A stretch of 63,836 nucleotides of DNA, filler included, from Craspedostauros australis (Eukaryota), in the NCBI GenBank assembly GCA_030167865.1. It is 6 parts of 6 records of this genome, joined end to end, with 100 filler letters (N's around TTAATTAATTAA, not from the genome) between each part and the next. Parts side by side here need not be neighbours in the genome. Positions count along the whole stretch, not along the records: positions 1 to 24,970 come from JALAGF010004280.1; 5 more parts are not named here. One strand, written 5' to 3'. The translations under genes and the position numbers were made by a program. Shown one piece after another: positions 1 to 11,057 of this stretch (position 1 is the first letter of the stretch; the number at the start of each line of letters is the position of its first letter). The notes below the pieces were generated by a model, which saw only the letters and a list, made by a program, of their open reading frames with translations, was not told the origin of the DNA and made no database searches.

Positions 1-8
1 CAGACCAC

Positions 9-1007
9 GTGCAAGAGGCATGGGATGCTCTGGAAGATGTGACTCCTGTCTCCGTTTGGTCTGACTTTGTGTTGAATGGAATGTACCATCAGCAGTCTGA
101 AATGAGCCTCAACGAACCAGACCTACCAATAAAGCCCGAGAACGTTGAAGAGATGACCAAAGCTCAGTTCGAGGAGTGGCTGAAAGAGGAAATTGAAGAA
201 CGTATCAGTGCGCAGAAGGATCGCATGCGGCTGAACCGTTGGGACGGGTTGGAAACAAAGCAAGTCGATCAAAACTTTGGCAGCAATCCTCGTGAACTGG
301 CCTCGAGTTATAGCGCAGCCGACGGCTTCGATGCTTCACGGTACGAGACCCTGGTGCCAACGATTGACATGGACAAGAAGCTGATACAAGGCCTTCTCAA
401 GATGAGGGAGGCATGCGCTAATCTTGAGGACGACATCCCCCATTCAGACACAGGCTCATTCAATCCAACCAAACAGAATTTCTGTCCATCACTCACAACT
501 GCGGCGGAGGGATCGACCAACCTCGCGGATGGATACGTTTCCACTGCTGGCGTGAAGAAGATCACAGACAGCGCAGGCAATTTCTTGAGATGGGAAGCGG
601 GACTCTTCACGGTCTGCGTCCAAGGCAGAGACATGTTTGATTCTCGTCCAATTGACTACAAGACAATCCGCCACAGCAGAGACAGGATTTACCACGACCT
701 CCTTGACATCATGTTTGGCTCGAATCGGTTGTACTGCGTTGCAGGAATGGAAGACAGCCTTGCCATGAATACAGCGCCACCCGAAGACGATGAGGAAGAC
801 GACGATAACAATGGCAACGACAACGGAACATCCCTTTACGCAGGCTTTCCAACCGATGCGAGTCCACTGCTGAGTGAATCGTTGAACAAGCTCGACAATC
901 TTCGCAGGCGCAGTCGGAAGATCAACGAGTACGGGTATCGCATCATAATGAAGGATGTAGAAATGGAGAAGGAGCTGGATGCTTTGGAGGCTGAGGATGG
1001 CGAATAG
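9..1007 (+). CDS. Hypothetical protein, probably the 3' part of a larger gene cut by the window edge
   Basis: 332-codon ORF open from the window start, globular-looking composition, acidic tail; no family recognised. Confidence 0.55.
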   Translation: MQEAWDALEDVTPVSVWSDFVLNGMYHQQSEMSLNEPDLPIKPENVEEMTKAQFEEWLKEEIEERISAQKDRMRLNRWDGLETKQVDQNFGSNPRELASSYSAADGFDASRYETLVPTIDMDKKLIQGLLKMREACANLEDDIPHSDTGSFNPTKQNFCPSLTTAAEGSTNLADGYVSTAGVKKITDSAGNFLRWEAGLFTVCVQGRDMFDSRPIDYKTIRHSRDRIYHDLLDIMFGSNRLYCVAGMEDSLAMNTAPPEDDEEDDDNNGNDNGTSLYAGFPTDASPLLSESLNKLDNLRRRSRKINEYGYRIIMKDVEMEKELDALEAEDGE

Positions 1008-1512
1008 TTGCAGGATTTAGTGGGCAACCTTGAGGCACTAAGCGGAGGGGGCGGGGAGTCGGAGCAAAAGGAAACACTTGGGAGATGGATCAGTCCGAGG
1101 ACGAAGGGACAACAGCAGAAGATGACGAGTAGGATGATGCAGAACCAGATGGGAGTGCGCAAAGGCGTGATGATCGATCATACATACATTCTAGTATACA
1201 AATACATACAGGCAAACCTCCTTATCATATGTTGCAATGCCTGCTTCACCGAGTTGTGATCGCAGAGGCAGAGTATGACCATGGAAAGCTGTGATTCGTC
1301 TGCTCCATTCCACGGACAAGGTCCTCTTTGGTACCATACCCGTGCATACTTAGATCTTCGAAGTTATTTTTATTTACTGTACTATGCACTCTATTAGCGG
1401 TAAACTTTTACATGACACATGTCATACACTTATGCTCTGCTCGTACGTACACGCACTATAGATGATCGTACGTATAATACATCTCGACCCTATGGATGCA
1501 CAACACAGTGTT

Positions 1513-2400
1513 TCATATGTCGAAATCGTCCGTGCCTTCGATCTTCAGATTCTGACACTCGGAATTGAACGGCAGATACTTGATGCTCCAGGACGAAATG
1601 TCGAACTTGGACGATTTCTCATTCCAAATGCTCTTCAGGATGTACTGCTTGTAGTCGCAAAGGTACGGTCCGATGGTGCGGAGGATGCCGTTGGCAGTGC
1701 CATCGCCAAAATCCATCGCGAACCACTGGCAGACCTTGGGCAGCGTGATGGAGATCTCCTGACGTCCCTTCTGCACCAACGTCACGGTGTTGGACAAGAA
1801 GTTGGCGGTTGTGCGGGAGAGTTCCTCGTCCAATGTTTCGACGCGGTAAGTGGGAACGTTGGCGATGGGGTAGCTTGTGGATCCGGAATGTAGCACGAAG
1901 TTGATTCGGAAATCACCCTGGGACAATGCGAATGAGTAGGTCGACTTGGGCAGGATGAAGCGCGACACGAATTGGGACGGGTAGGTCATCTTGCACCGGA
2001 TGATGTTGTGCCCGAGCTCGCTCAACGAAAAGATATCGTCAGATGCTTGGAACGCGATCGTGTTGAAGTAGGACACCCACGCGAGGCCCGACGTCGGTGG
2101 ACCCAGCAGAATGAATGCGTGGACGAGCATGAGGTGGTAGAGATTGATGAAGAATGCCAGCCTCTGATTCTCGCTCAATCGAAATACGTCCGCATGCTTG
2201 ATGGCAGCTGTGGCATCCAGGAAGTCACGCAAGTCGGAGCTGGTGGCGGATGGCTGCTGGATCCGAGCTGCAAGCGCAAGCGCTCGCTCCGCCAGGCCCA
2301 GAGTCTGATTCGTGCTGTGCTTCTCGCCGGCGGCGAACGCGTGCTGCCGACAATTGACCAGCCTCCACTTCCCGCAGTCCCATTCGGAGGAATGGTGCAC
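1513..2400 (-). CDS. DUF547-domain protein (N-terminus unclear; possibly truncated or degenerate)
   Basis: ENQRLAFFINLYHLMLVHA, FSLSELGHNIIR, DFRINFVLHSGSTSYP and ITLPKVCQWFAMDFG match DUF547 blocks. Confidence 0.75.
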   Translation of the reverse strand: MHHSSEWDCGKWRLVNCRQHAFAAGEKHSTNQTLGLAERALALAARIQQPSATSSDLRDFLDATAAIKHADVFRLSENQRLAFFINLYHLMLVHAFILLGPPTSGLAWVSYFNTIAFQASDDIFSLSELGHNIIRCKMTYPSQFVSRFILPKSTYSFALSQGDFRINFVLHSGSTSYPIANVPTYRVETLDEELSRTTANFLSNTVTLVQKGRQEISITLPKVCQWFAMDFGDGTANGILRTIGPYLCDYKQYILKSIWNEKSSKFDISSWSIKYLPFNSECQNLKIEGTDDFDI

Positions 2401-2685
2401 ACCATGTTTATCTGGTGCAGGTAAATTGAATTTCCAATCTATCGTGTACTATGTACAGTGTTATCGAGGCTATGTCCATGCTTTCATATCACATCAAATG
2501 GGAATGTTGGTGGCAGTGTGAGTATGGTCGGATACCGAGGGAGCAAGTATGTCTGAATTTGTTGCAAGACACAGCTTGATCGATGCATGTTGCGCCGTGC
2601 ATCTCTGGATGATGTCCATTCGCCCAGCTGTCTTCATTCATTTCATGCTGACGAGTACGTCAAGAATGCTCTCGATCAGAATCGA

Positions 2686-3288
2686 TCATGCCAAGCTGTC
2701 CTCATTCAAACCGTCCTCCAATCCATTTCCGCCCGTCGCCGTCATCAACGCTTCCAGCACCGAAGAGGACTCCCCACTGACCAATTCTTGATACTGGATT
2801 TGCAGCTGCTTCGTCTGCTTGGCCAATTCGACGGCCGCATCACGATTTTCCTCCAAATCCGCATGCCCCACCATCTGCTCCAACTGCTCGGTGTTGGCAA
2901 AGATCTGATCTTCCAGCACCTCAGCCAGCATGGCACGCTTCGCGCGTTCCGGAATGCCCATCTGCGCAATCTTGCGCGCTCCGGCCAATGCCTGCTCCTC
3001 CATGATGAGCTCCTGCCGTTTGCGGGCATCCATCGGTGGCTGCTGCTGCTGCTGCTGCGATGCGCCATCGTCATCCTCGGCGTGCAGGATATGCGATGTC
3101 AACGGGTACCTTCCTGTTACGACAGCTGCTGCTCCCATGCTGCTCACATGATTCGAAGATGGCACTAGCACGAAAGCCGTCGTTGATGTGGACAGCGTCA
3201 CGATGGTGAAAGCGAGAACCGCCACTGTTGTGAACAGATTTGACGCAGTTGTCGAGCCAGAATTGGCGCGTGTCAGCATGGTGACCAT
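2686..3288 (-). CDS. Putative plastid-targeted small helical protein of unknown function
   Basis: Hydrophobic signal ending TTA-F(V), Ser/Thr-rich transit-like segment, coiled-coil-like C-terminal domain. Confidence 0.7.
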   Translation of the reverse strand: MVTMLTRANSGSTTASNLFTTVAVLAFTIVTLSTSTTAFVLVPSSNHVSSMGAAAVVTGRYPLTSHILHAEDDDGASQQQQQQPPMDARKRQELIMEEQALAGARKIAQMGIPERAKRAMLAEVLEDQIFANTEQLEQMVGHADLEENRDAAVELAKQTKQLQIQYQELVSGESSSVLEALMTATGGNGLEDGLNEDSLA

Positions 3289-3751
3289 CTTGACGTTCCT
3301 CTCGTCGCTGCGCTGAATCCATTCGCATTGTGATCATCGAGGAACACGGTCACCGTCATGAATTCGACGCATTTGTGGATCGCCACCACAACCACAATTT
3401 CTCCTCCTTGTTTTTGTGGTTGCAATTTGTCGTTGAAGCCACCAGATTTGGGCGAATCCTTCTCAATCATGAGGATCCAAGATTGAAATGTGTTGATCGA
3501 GCGTGTCAGCTGTGGTTTTGCAGAAATTCGATCCGTTTGATCACAACGGCGACAATGACGGCGCCAAAAAATGTGGACGACGAGTCTGCTGTTGGCATCA
3601 ACTCTGCGCCAACATCGTCGACGCTGATCTCGTTGCGCACAAAAGGCATGCCTCAGGGGAGTCTGTTGTCGCTGCAACACTCTCTGATTGCCAAGCAAGA
3701 CACAAGAACGACGACAACAACGATAACGACGATAACGACACAGCCAAAAGC

Positions 3752-5218
3752 ATGAGTGCGGGCGAATCATCGACGCCGTGGGTGGAACGATACCGACCGA
3801 AGTCGCTGAAGGAGGTCTCGCATCAGGAACAGGTCGTGTCGACTTTGCAGGACGCCGTGCGAACAGGGCGTCTGCCGCATCTCCTGTTCTACGGCCCACC
3901 AGGCAGCGGCAAGACCTCCGTCGCGCTGGCGCTGTGTCGACAGCTGTGGCATCCCACGCAATGGAAGCGCCGCGTGCTGGAGCTCAACGCCTCCGACGAA
4001 CGCGGCATCAGCGTCGTGCGCGATAAGATCAAGCACTTTGCCAGCCTTTCGGTCGGCAATCCTTCCAGGGTCGTACGTGAGAAGGGGCAGACCAGCGCAG
4101 CCTCGTTCTTTGTCAAGAAGAAGAAGAAGCCGACGGCGGCCAGCAAGGAGGCAGTGGTGGACGTGGATGCGATGAACGTGGATGGTGGCGACGAAAAGAA
4201 GCCGTCCGACAAGGAAGACAGCTATCCCAATCCGCCGTTCAAGATCATCATCTTGGATGAAGCGGATGCTGTCACTACGGATGCGCAGGCTGCATTGCGT
4301 CGGATCATTGTACGTTTGGTTCATAATTTGCTCGTGGTTGTGGCGTGAACGCCGCATGGATACCATCAATGTCACTGTTAATGTGACGCAGTGAAGGGGA
4401 ATTGGTGGGACCAACGATGGTGATGATAATGATGATGGACAAGGCTCACATTTTCAATCTTTGCATGACTCTCTCCTCTTTTGTTGCGTCCTATTCTGCG
4501 TATGCGCCACTCCCGCAATCGTCATGGCACAACCACATCCATCTTGTTCACTTCACAGGAAGCGCACTCTCGAATCACGCGTTTCATCTTGATCTGCAAC
4601 TACGTAACGCGCATCATCCAACCGCTCGCGTCGCGTTGCGCCAAATTCCGTTTCCAAGCACTGCCAGCAGATAGCATGAAATCGCGCCTGCTGCAAATCG
4701 CCAGCGCAGAGAATTGTGACGGCGTGGAGGAGGAGCAGCTGGACACCATACTGCGTGTGGCGGAGGGTGACATGAGACGGGCCGTCATGACGCTGCAGAG
4801 CGTCCATGCTCTCGTGAAGGGCCGCCAGCAGCGGCGACAGCAACAAGAGCAACCTGCAACGGACGCACCGCTCATCACAAACGAAGAGATTTGCGAACTC
4901 GTCGGCCTCCCACCACCATCCATCGCCGATGAGCTCTGGACGGCCATGAAATCCGAACAATTCGATACCATGCAACGTGCCGTGGAGGATGTTTGCCTCT
5001 CCGGATATTCCGCGCAGGCCGTGCTGGGGCTGCTTCTCGATCGCATGCTAGACCCCAACGACGACACGAACGAACTCAGCGAATTGGGACGATCCAAGAT
5101 GGCAATCCGCATCGCTCAAGCAGAAAAATCAATGATCGATGGTGCCGATGAGTACCTTCAGCTGGTCACGGTTTGCGGTTTGGGACTGAAGTGCTTCCAA
5201 GAACATCAAAAGTCGTAG
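3752..5218 (+). CDS. RFC4: Replication factor C small subunit (human RFC4/yeast Rfc2 type); exons 3752-4309 and 4559-5218
   Basis: PWVERYRP, Walker [37 protein letters not shown] motif ([10 protein letters not shown]); GTACGT..CAG intron 4310-4558 restores [13 protein letters not shown]. Confidence 0.95.
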
Positions 5219-5831
5219 AGATCAGAATCCATCAGAATACAGGAGAGCAGATGAGAGGTAAGGAGTGCGAACAACCTTTTGGGAATGGGAGGTGAGCCAG
5301 CAACAACGAGTCTGTAGTGGTTGGCAGATGTATGAAACCAATATAAGACTTTAGTGCTCCAATGTCCACCAACAAGATGCAGCGACTAATATGAATGTGA
5401 ACCTGAATTGAGTTGCATGCTGTAAGTTGTATGCTAGAGGATTATCAGCTCTGTAACTGCGCCGGCTGGGTGGCGTCCCGCACACATGAAAGGCAACGCA
5501 GGAATCTGATGTTGCCGACTCCGGAGATGCAGCAAAACCGACACAAAGATACCTTTCTCGACAAGGCCGACCAAACACCATTCCACGTGTCAGAAGAACA
5601 AACGAAAGATGTGCGCAAACAATGTCCGGATGACGACCATCAACAAGCAACGAGGGCAAAGAGTGACGATGATGATTGGCGTCATCACCAAACCAACACA
5701 AATCACAACAACGGCGACGACGGCAACGGTATCAGCAACAAGTTTACGCCATCCCGACACTCTTCATTTCCATAGCGTTCCATTCCACACGAGTACGCCA
5801 ACGCACACGAACTGTTTCCATCACAGCAGCA

Positions 5832-6389
5832 ATGTTGATCCGAATCGTCACCATTCTGAGCGTCATGCTCATCATGGCATCTGCCGCAACGGCGGCGCCC
5901 CGGTTACCGTCGTTCCTCGCGAAGAGATCGAAGACGTACACGCCGTATTACTTCTTCAAGGTCAAGGGATCCGACGAGAGCCAAGTGATCGAGAAGACCG
6001 TCAAGCAGATCGAGAAGGAGCTGGGCGTCCGCGTCGAGCGGTTGGATGCGTTGGCCGATGCCAAGGCCCAAGCGTTGCTGATGGCATTGCCAAGCACGAG
6101 CGCCGCCGCCAAGGCCCCCTGCCTCTACCATCGCGAATCGATGCAGATCGTGGATGCCGAGCAGGCCAACGACATATCGCACGTGCGCGCATGGGCCAAG
6201 GGTCGGTACCTGCCACCGCGACGAACATCGTCGTCGGGGCCGCAGTTCAAATTCGAGGAAGGCGAACAGATGGAGGCCATGGCGGACGCGGAGGAGCTCA
6301 TGGATGCGGCATTGACGCCAGAACAGAAGAGCGGAAAGGATGCCATCAAACGCCGAACGGAAGAGATGGCCAACGATTGGAAGAATTGA
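5832..6389 (+). CDS. Signal-peptide-bearing thioredoxin-fold-like protein with SxxS in place of CxxC
   Basis: N-terminal signal MLIRIVTILSVMLIMASAATA; FFKVKG-SDES-QVIEKTVKQIEKELGVRVERLD...APCLYHRES...VRAWAKG resembles small Trx-like proteins. Confidence 0.6.
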   Translation: MLIRIVTILSVMLIMASAATAAPRLPSFLAKRSKTYTPYYFFKVKGSDESQVIEKTVKQIEKELGVRVERLDALADAKAQALLMALPSTSAAAKAPCLYHRESMQIVDAEQANDISHVRAWAKGRYLPPRRTSSSGPQFKFEEGEQMEAMADAEELMDAALTPEQKSGKDAIKRRTEEMANDWKN

Positions 6390-7366
6390 ACGAAGCTTGC
6401 GTTGTGATACTGCTTCACAAACACTCGCACAACGGCAGAGTTCTCATACCCGTAGAGCAGGCAATTTCAATAGAGTACTCAATCGAACCTGAATGAAGAA
6501 TTCCGCGCAGGAATTTCTGGAGACTCTCTTGTTTGGAGCTCAACGTGGGACGATTCATACCATACGCGACGCGTTCATCGTTGCATCTGTGTTTGCGTCT
6601 TTCCAGGGAACGCGCTGATGGTGGACGGAGACGGAGCATCAATATGGCGCTGCATCTGCGGCATTTCGAATGAAAGAAGTGAACATGTACGGATGAGAAA
6701 TGCAAGTAAGAGTCTTCATTGTGCCAGACTCGTGCTTCAGTCGATCTTTTCAATTCCAATGTTGCTCTGCGCGCCAATCGCATGCATTTTCTCAGCAACA
6801 GATGAATCGTCCGCATTTCTCTGTAGGTGCCATGACAACGACTGACACTTCCGTCGAAACTAAAACGCAAGCAATCGATTCGAATGGATTCAGTCCAGCC
6901 TACGACCCATGGGATTTGCTCCTCTTACCTGTCTACTATTCTATTCCACAATGCTTTGTACAATGAACGAGGTTGAATAAACTTCAGGCTTTCTCGCAAT
7001 GATTGTCGGTCTTGCGACAGGCACCAGCGATACCCGAAGATAGGGTGCCATACGAGACCTGGCACTCTTTCAATTCCGCTGTGTCTCACAAAAATCAATG
7101 TTCCTTCGAACTGCCAAAGTGAGTTCTTTGAGATGCAAGATCAAGCCTGGCAGTGGCTGCGCTCGTGTTGGCTTGTCGTCGAAGATGTAAACCCAAATGG
7201 CGCCTCACCCTCTCCTTGCATCCCTGTCCTCTATCTTCTCCGGCTTGTGCCACGAGCGTTGCTCTGGCCCAAATCTGGAACGCATTTGATCTTGATCGAA
7301 ACTCCAGCTCCACGAGAACCACACTTTGAGCATCAGGGCTTTTGAATCAAGCATACTCATACAATC

Positions 7367-8740
7367 ATGGCGACCATTCCCAATCACCAAATGATCAATG
7401 CGGCAACCAACGGTGATCTGCCGACGATCAAACTGTGGAGACAGCAGAATCCACATGCCTCCATTGATATGGCGAGGAATAGCAGGAACTGCAATGCTCT
7501 TCATGTTGCATGTCAGCATGGACGTTTAGAAGTTGTGAAATACTTGGTGGAGTCTTGCCAAGCCAACGTCAATTTGCAAAACAGGGACACATGGACCCCA
7601 CTGCATTTGGCATGCCAGTGTGGCTCTTTGGAAATTGTGAAATACTTGATAGCATTGCCCCAAGTTAACGCGAACTTGCAGGATAACAGCAGATACACCG
7701 CACTCCATCATGCGTGCAGTTGCAACAACTTGGAATTGGTGAAGTGTTTGGTGGAATCGCGAAAGGTGGATATCACCATTGAGAACAACCAACAGAAAAC
7801 ACCATTTCAGCATGCACGATACCATGGATATTCTCAGGTTTCTACATACGTAGCAACCTGCTTCCAGACGGTCTTCTTGCAGGGTGGACGCACACCATGC
7901 AACTCCAAACGACTGATCCAGAAGGGCCACAACAACATCAATCAAGACAGACTTCAGGCCCTTCGAGAGGCCAAGCACACCGATATCACCTTCTTGGTTG
8001 GCCGTGATGGGGATCAAGCAAGCATCAAGGCAAACAGCACGATCCTCTTGGCCACTGTGCCCTCCATTGCGACGTTGCTCGACGGCGGCATTAATGATCA
8101 GACGGTCCCTGCATCCACAAGTGCACCCACACCCATAGTCATCCCTACATCGGCACCATCCGCCGAGACTGCGGGTGAAAGGACAATCTTGCTACCCGAG
8201 TGTAAGCCAACGCATGTGCAATGTGCGCTTCGGTACATCTATGCGGGAGATGTGTCATTCTTGGACACACCAGCCATGGCCGAACAAGACAACCTCCAGC
8301 AGCTTGTGATTGTCGCCAATCACTTCCACTGCTGGAAGCTCAAGCTCATCGTCGAAGCGGAGCTGATCCACAACCATCTCGCACAGGAGACCCTCATCGA
8401 TCTGCTTCTTTTTGCGCATCAGCATGGGTGCATTGTGTTGAAGGATGAAGCGGTCAGGATGGCAGCAGCAGACGCGGTCACCTTGCTGAACCACGTCTGC
8501 TTTGGTAAGTTGGCAGAGCACCCGGACGTGATGAAGGAGATCCACATCCACCACCGAGGTGGGACAGCACAGGGTGGAACTGATGACAAGTATGACAAGA
8601 TGTCCATGTTGGCGTTGTACCAGCTGCTGGAGGAATGCGAGGACACTGCATTGGAGACATACATGCAACGGGCGTCCCTCTCGAAGTTCGTGCGTTCAGC
8701 GATGTTGGAAGCGGCTGAGAAGAAGCAGAACGTGGTGTAG
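7367..8740 (+). CDS. Ankyrin-repeat plus BTB/POZ-domain protein
   Basis: Ankyrin repeats (NALHVACQHGRLEVVKYLV, TPLHLACQCGSLEIVKYLI, TALHHACSCNNLELVKCLV); BTB motifs TDITFLVG, ALRYIYAG, ANHFHCWKLKLIVEAEL. Confidence 0.9.
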   Translation: MATIPNHQMINAATNGDLPTIKLWRQQNPHASIDMARNSRNCNALHVACQHGRLEVVKYLVESCQANVNLQNRDTWTPLHLACQCGSLEIVKYLIALPQVNANLQDNSRYTALHHACSCNNLELVKCLVESRKVDITIENNQQKTPFQHARYHGYSQVSTYVATCFQTVFLQGGRTPCNSKRLIQKGHNNINQDRLQALREAKHTDITFLVGRDGDQASIKANSTILLATVPSIATLLDGGINDQTVPASTSAPTPIVIPTSAPSAETAGERTILLPECKPTHVQCALRYIYAGDVSFLDTPAMAEQDNLQQLVIVANHFHCWKLKLIVEAELIHNHLAQETLIDLLLFAHQHGCIVLKDEAVRMAAADAVTLLNHVCFGKLAEHPDVMKEIHIHHRGGTAQGGTDDKYDKMSMLALYQLLEECEDTALETYMQRASLSKFVRSAMLEAAEKKQNVV

Positions 8741-9480
8741 ATGACGTCGACGAAGACAAACAACGATGAGAGATATTTTAGTATCATTTGCATAATATTA
8801 TTTGATACAACAACAACAACCGGTGTGCATCATCTACACGTACAATACCTTTGAAGACGTACGAAGGGCTTTCCTGTTCGATCGTTAGTTTGTGTGTCTG
8901 TCTCTGGTTCCCGCATGTTTTTGGGTTTTGAATCATCTCCGTCGGTTTTCTCCATTCGAACTGGAATCGAGAGCGGTATGCGTTCGGACGCACGACGAAG
9001 CATCTAGTTCGCTCCGGTCCATCTTCAATGCGCTGTAGACAGGAGTTTGTTGCTTGAGCTACATTGCCATTCGATCCATGCGACATTCCCTTCACATGTT
9101 GATCATGTGGAAGCTCACAGCGACGCTCGAGTCGGTTCATGCCGAGGCAGCAGATTCTGAAAGGGAAGAAGAGAGGATAAAACCAAATCGAAATTGAGAC
9201 GGTACAGCGCTGGTGAGTTGCTGTGTCACATGCAGCATGACCTTCCTGGCAGACAACGATTCCGTCGGATCCAATCAGATGCTCAGCAACACAGTATCTC
9301 TCTGCGTTGGTTTGATGATTGCAGTTCTCAACAAGGTGTTATTGTTCAGAGAGATTCCCATTGTGCAACATATGCGTTCGTCATTGCATCGGATCCATCA
9401 GAGGTGTGCGAATGCACTCAAGTTCGGTACGAAACAGAAGAACGAGTAGGTGGCTGCGCGTGCGTACCTAAGGAATTCCG

Positions 9481-9969
9481 TCACGATTGCTGCGCCATCG
9501 TCTTGATCATGTTGCTGTACCATCGATCCAAATGAACGAGTTTGGTGCGCGATGGATGTGCCAATTCGATCGCTTCCAACAGCACCACCAATACCATATC
9601 CGCCAAGGTTCTGTCGCCGACGAGATACGCCCTGCCCTCCAGATGCCGATCGACGGTTGCCAGGGCGTTCTCCAAGGATTTCAGCAGCGTCGCATAACTT
9701 TGCTGCGCATCCGCGTGTTCCAACACGACGCACAACGGCACCTCGATGTGCGACCACATCCAGTCCAACCAGCTGTCGGCTTGCGCCATCTCGACATGCG
9801 ACCGACCCAGCAAGGATGCGTTGGTCGTGAATCGGATCATGTATCGCAGCATTGTGGAGGTGGAGGAGAGGATGATGGGACGTTGCGTTGCATCGACCGT
9901 GCAATGCAACAGGAGGGGTCGTGGCGGCGCGCACGAGGGCGGCATCATGGTTGCCGTGGCATCCAGCAT
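9481..9969 (-). CDS. GST C-terminal-like domain protein (EF1B-gamma/aaRS-appended type); start uncertain
   Basis: LLGRSHVEMAQADSWLDW, LATVDRHLEGRAYLVGDRTLADMVL, HLDRWY. Confidence 0.75.
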   Translation of the reverse strand: MLDATATMMPPSCAPPRPLLLHCTVDATQRPIILSSTSTMLRYMIRFTTNASLLGRSHVEMAQADSWLDWMWSHIEVPLCVVLEHADAQQSYATLLKSLENALATVDRHLEGRAYLVGDRTLADMVLVVLLEAIELAHPSRTKLVHLDRWYSNMIKTMAQQS

Positions 9970-11057
9970 CGCATCCGCTGATTCATGTTGCTGCTGGGTG
10001 ATCTTCAATCCGACGCATGATGCGACTCGGAAGATCTGTTTTGCGACAATTGGAGCGAGCGAGCGATGGTGTTGGTGTGGATGTGACAATGAGAAGTAGC
10101 AGCACAGTGAGAAGCAGCGAGAATGTGTGAAAGGTCCGTTTCGAGGGAGCAACGCGGATGCCATTCAACATCACGTCAATCATGTCACATCAAACGACTA
10201 TGATCTGCCATCACACCAGCACAGCTGCACTCTCCTCGTACTCACCTTGTCGGCTCGGACACTGGACAGCTCCTGTTTGGTTCCATGCAACACGGCCTCT
10301 ATTCTATGATCAGACATCCTGCACCACGGCAAGGACGGCGAAGGCTGCGAATGGTCATGCCCAGAGATGATGAATTGGGGAATCCATGTCTCTTTTCGTC
10401 GTTGCCTTTGTCTTGTTGGACGTCATGGACGAACACCGCCACAACCCAAGCGGAGCATGTTGACGATGGTGGTGGCGATGGTATTGACGATCCATCAAAC
10501 TTTCGTTGGTTGATTGGACGGTTCGTGTTCTCCGACGACTGGCAGACGCAAAAGATACGCATTGGTGGAGAACGTGTTCGTGACGTTGTCCAATTATGGC
10601 TATTTCGTGCAGAACGAACTCTGTCGTGGTTGATTTCGTATCTTTTGAAGCGAAGAGTTCTGTTCGATGAATTCCGAAACGACGGACTGCCATCTGCTGC
10701 AACCGTGGCGGACATGTGCTGCTGCGCAACGGATCGTTTGCGTGTCACATCCGCAATCGAAGAGCTTCTTTGTGTGTGAAGATCCTTGTGGTGGCGAGAG
10801 TTGGCTGCGGTCTTCAGGCAGCAGGACAAATCCACGACACGACGCAACGCAGACTCTTCCACAAAGCTCGCTTCTGGGATTTCTTCGCCAAAGAAGAACA
10901 CAAGAAGAGAAACGCAACAAGGAGAGACATCAACCATCAGATCCTCACCGACGATCACACAAACTTCCCAACACCTCACATCTACATCCACATCGATATC
11001 CGCAGCGATACCCATAGTAGTTGACACAAACACACAGAAGAGACCCGCTGCAGAACA

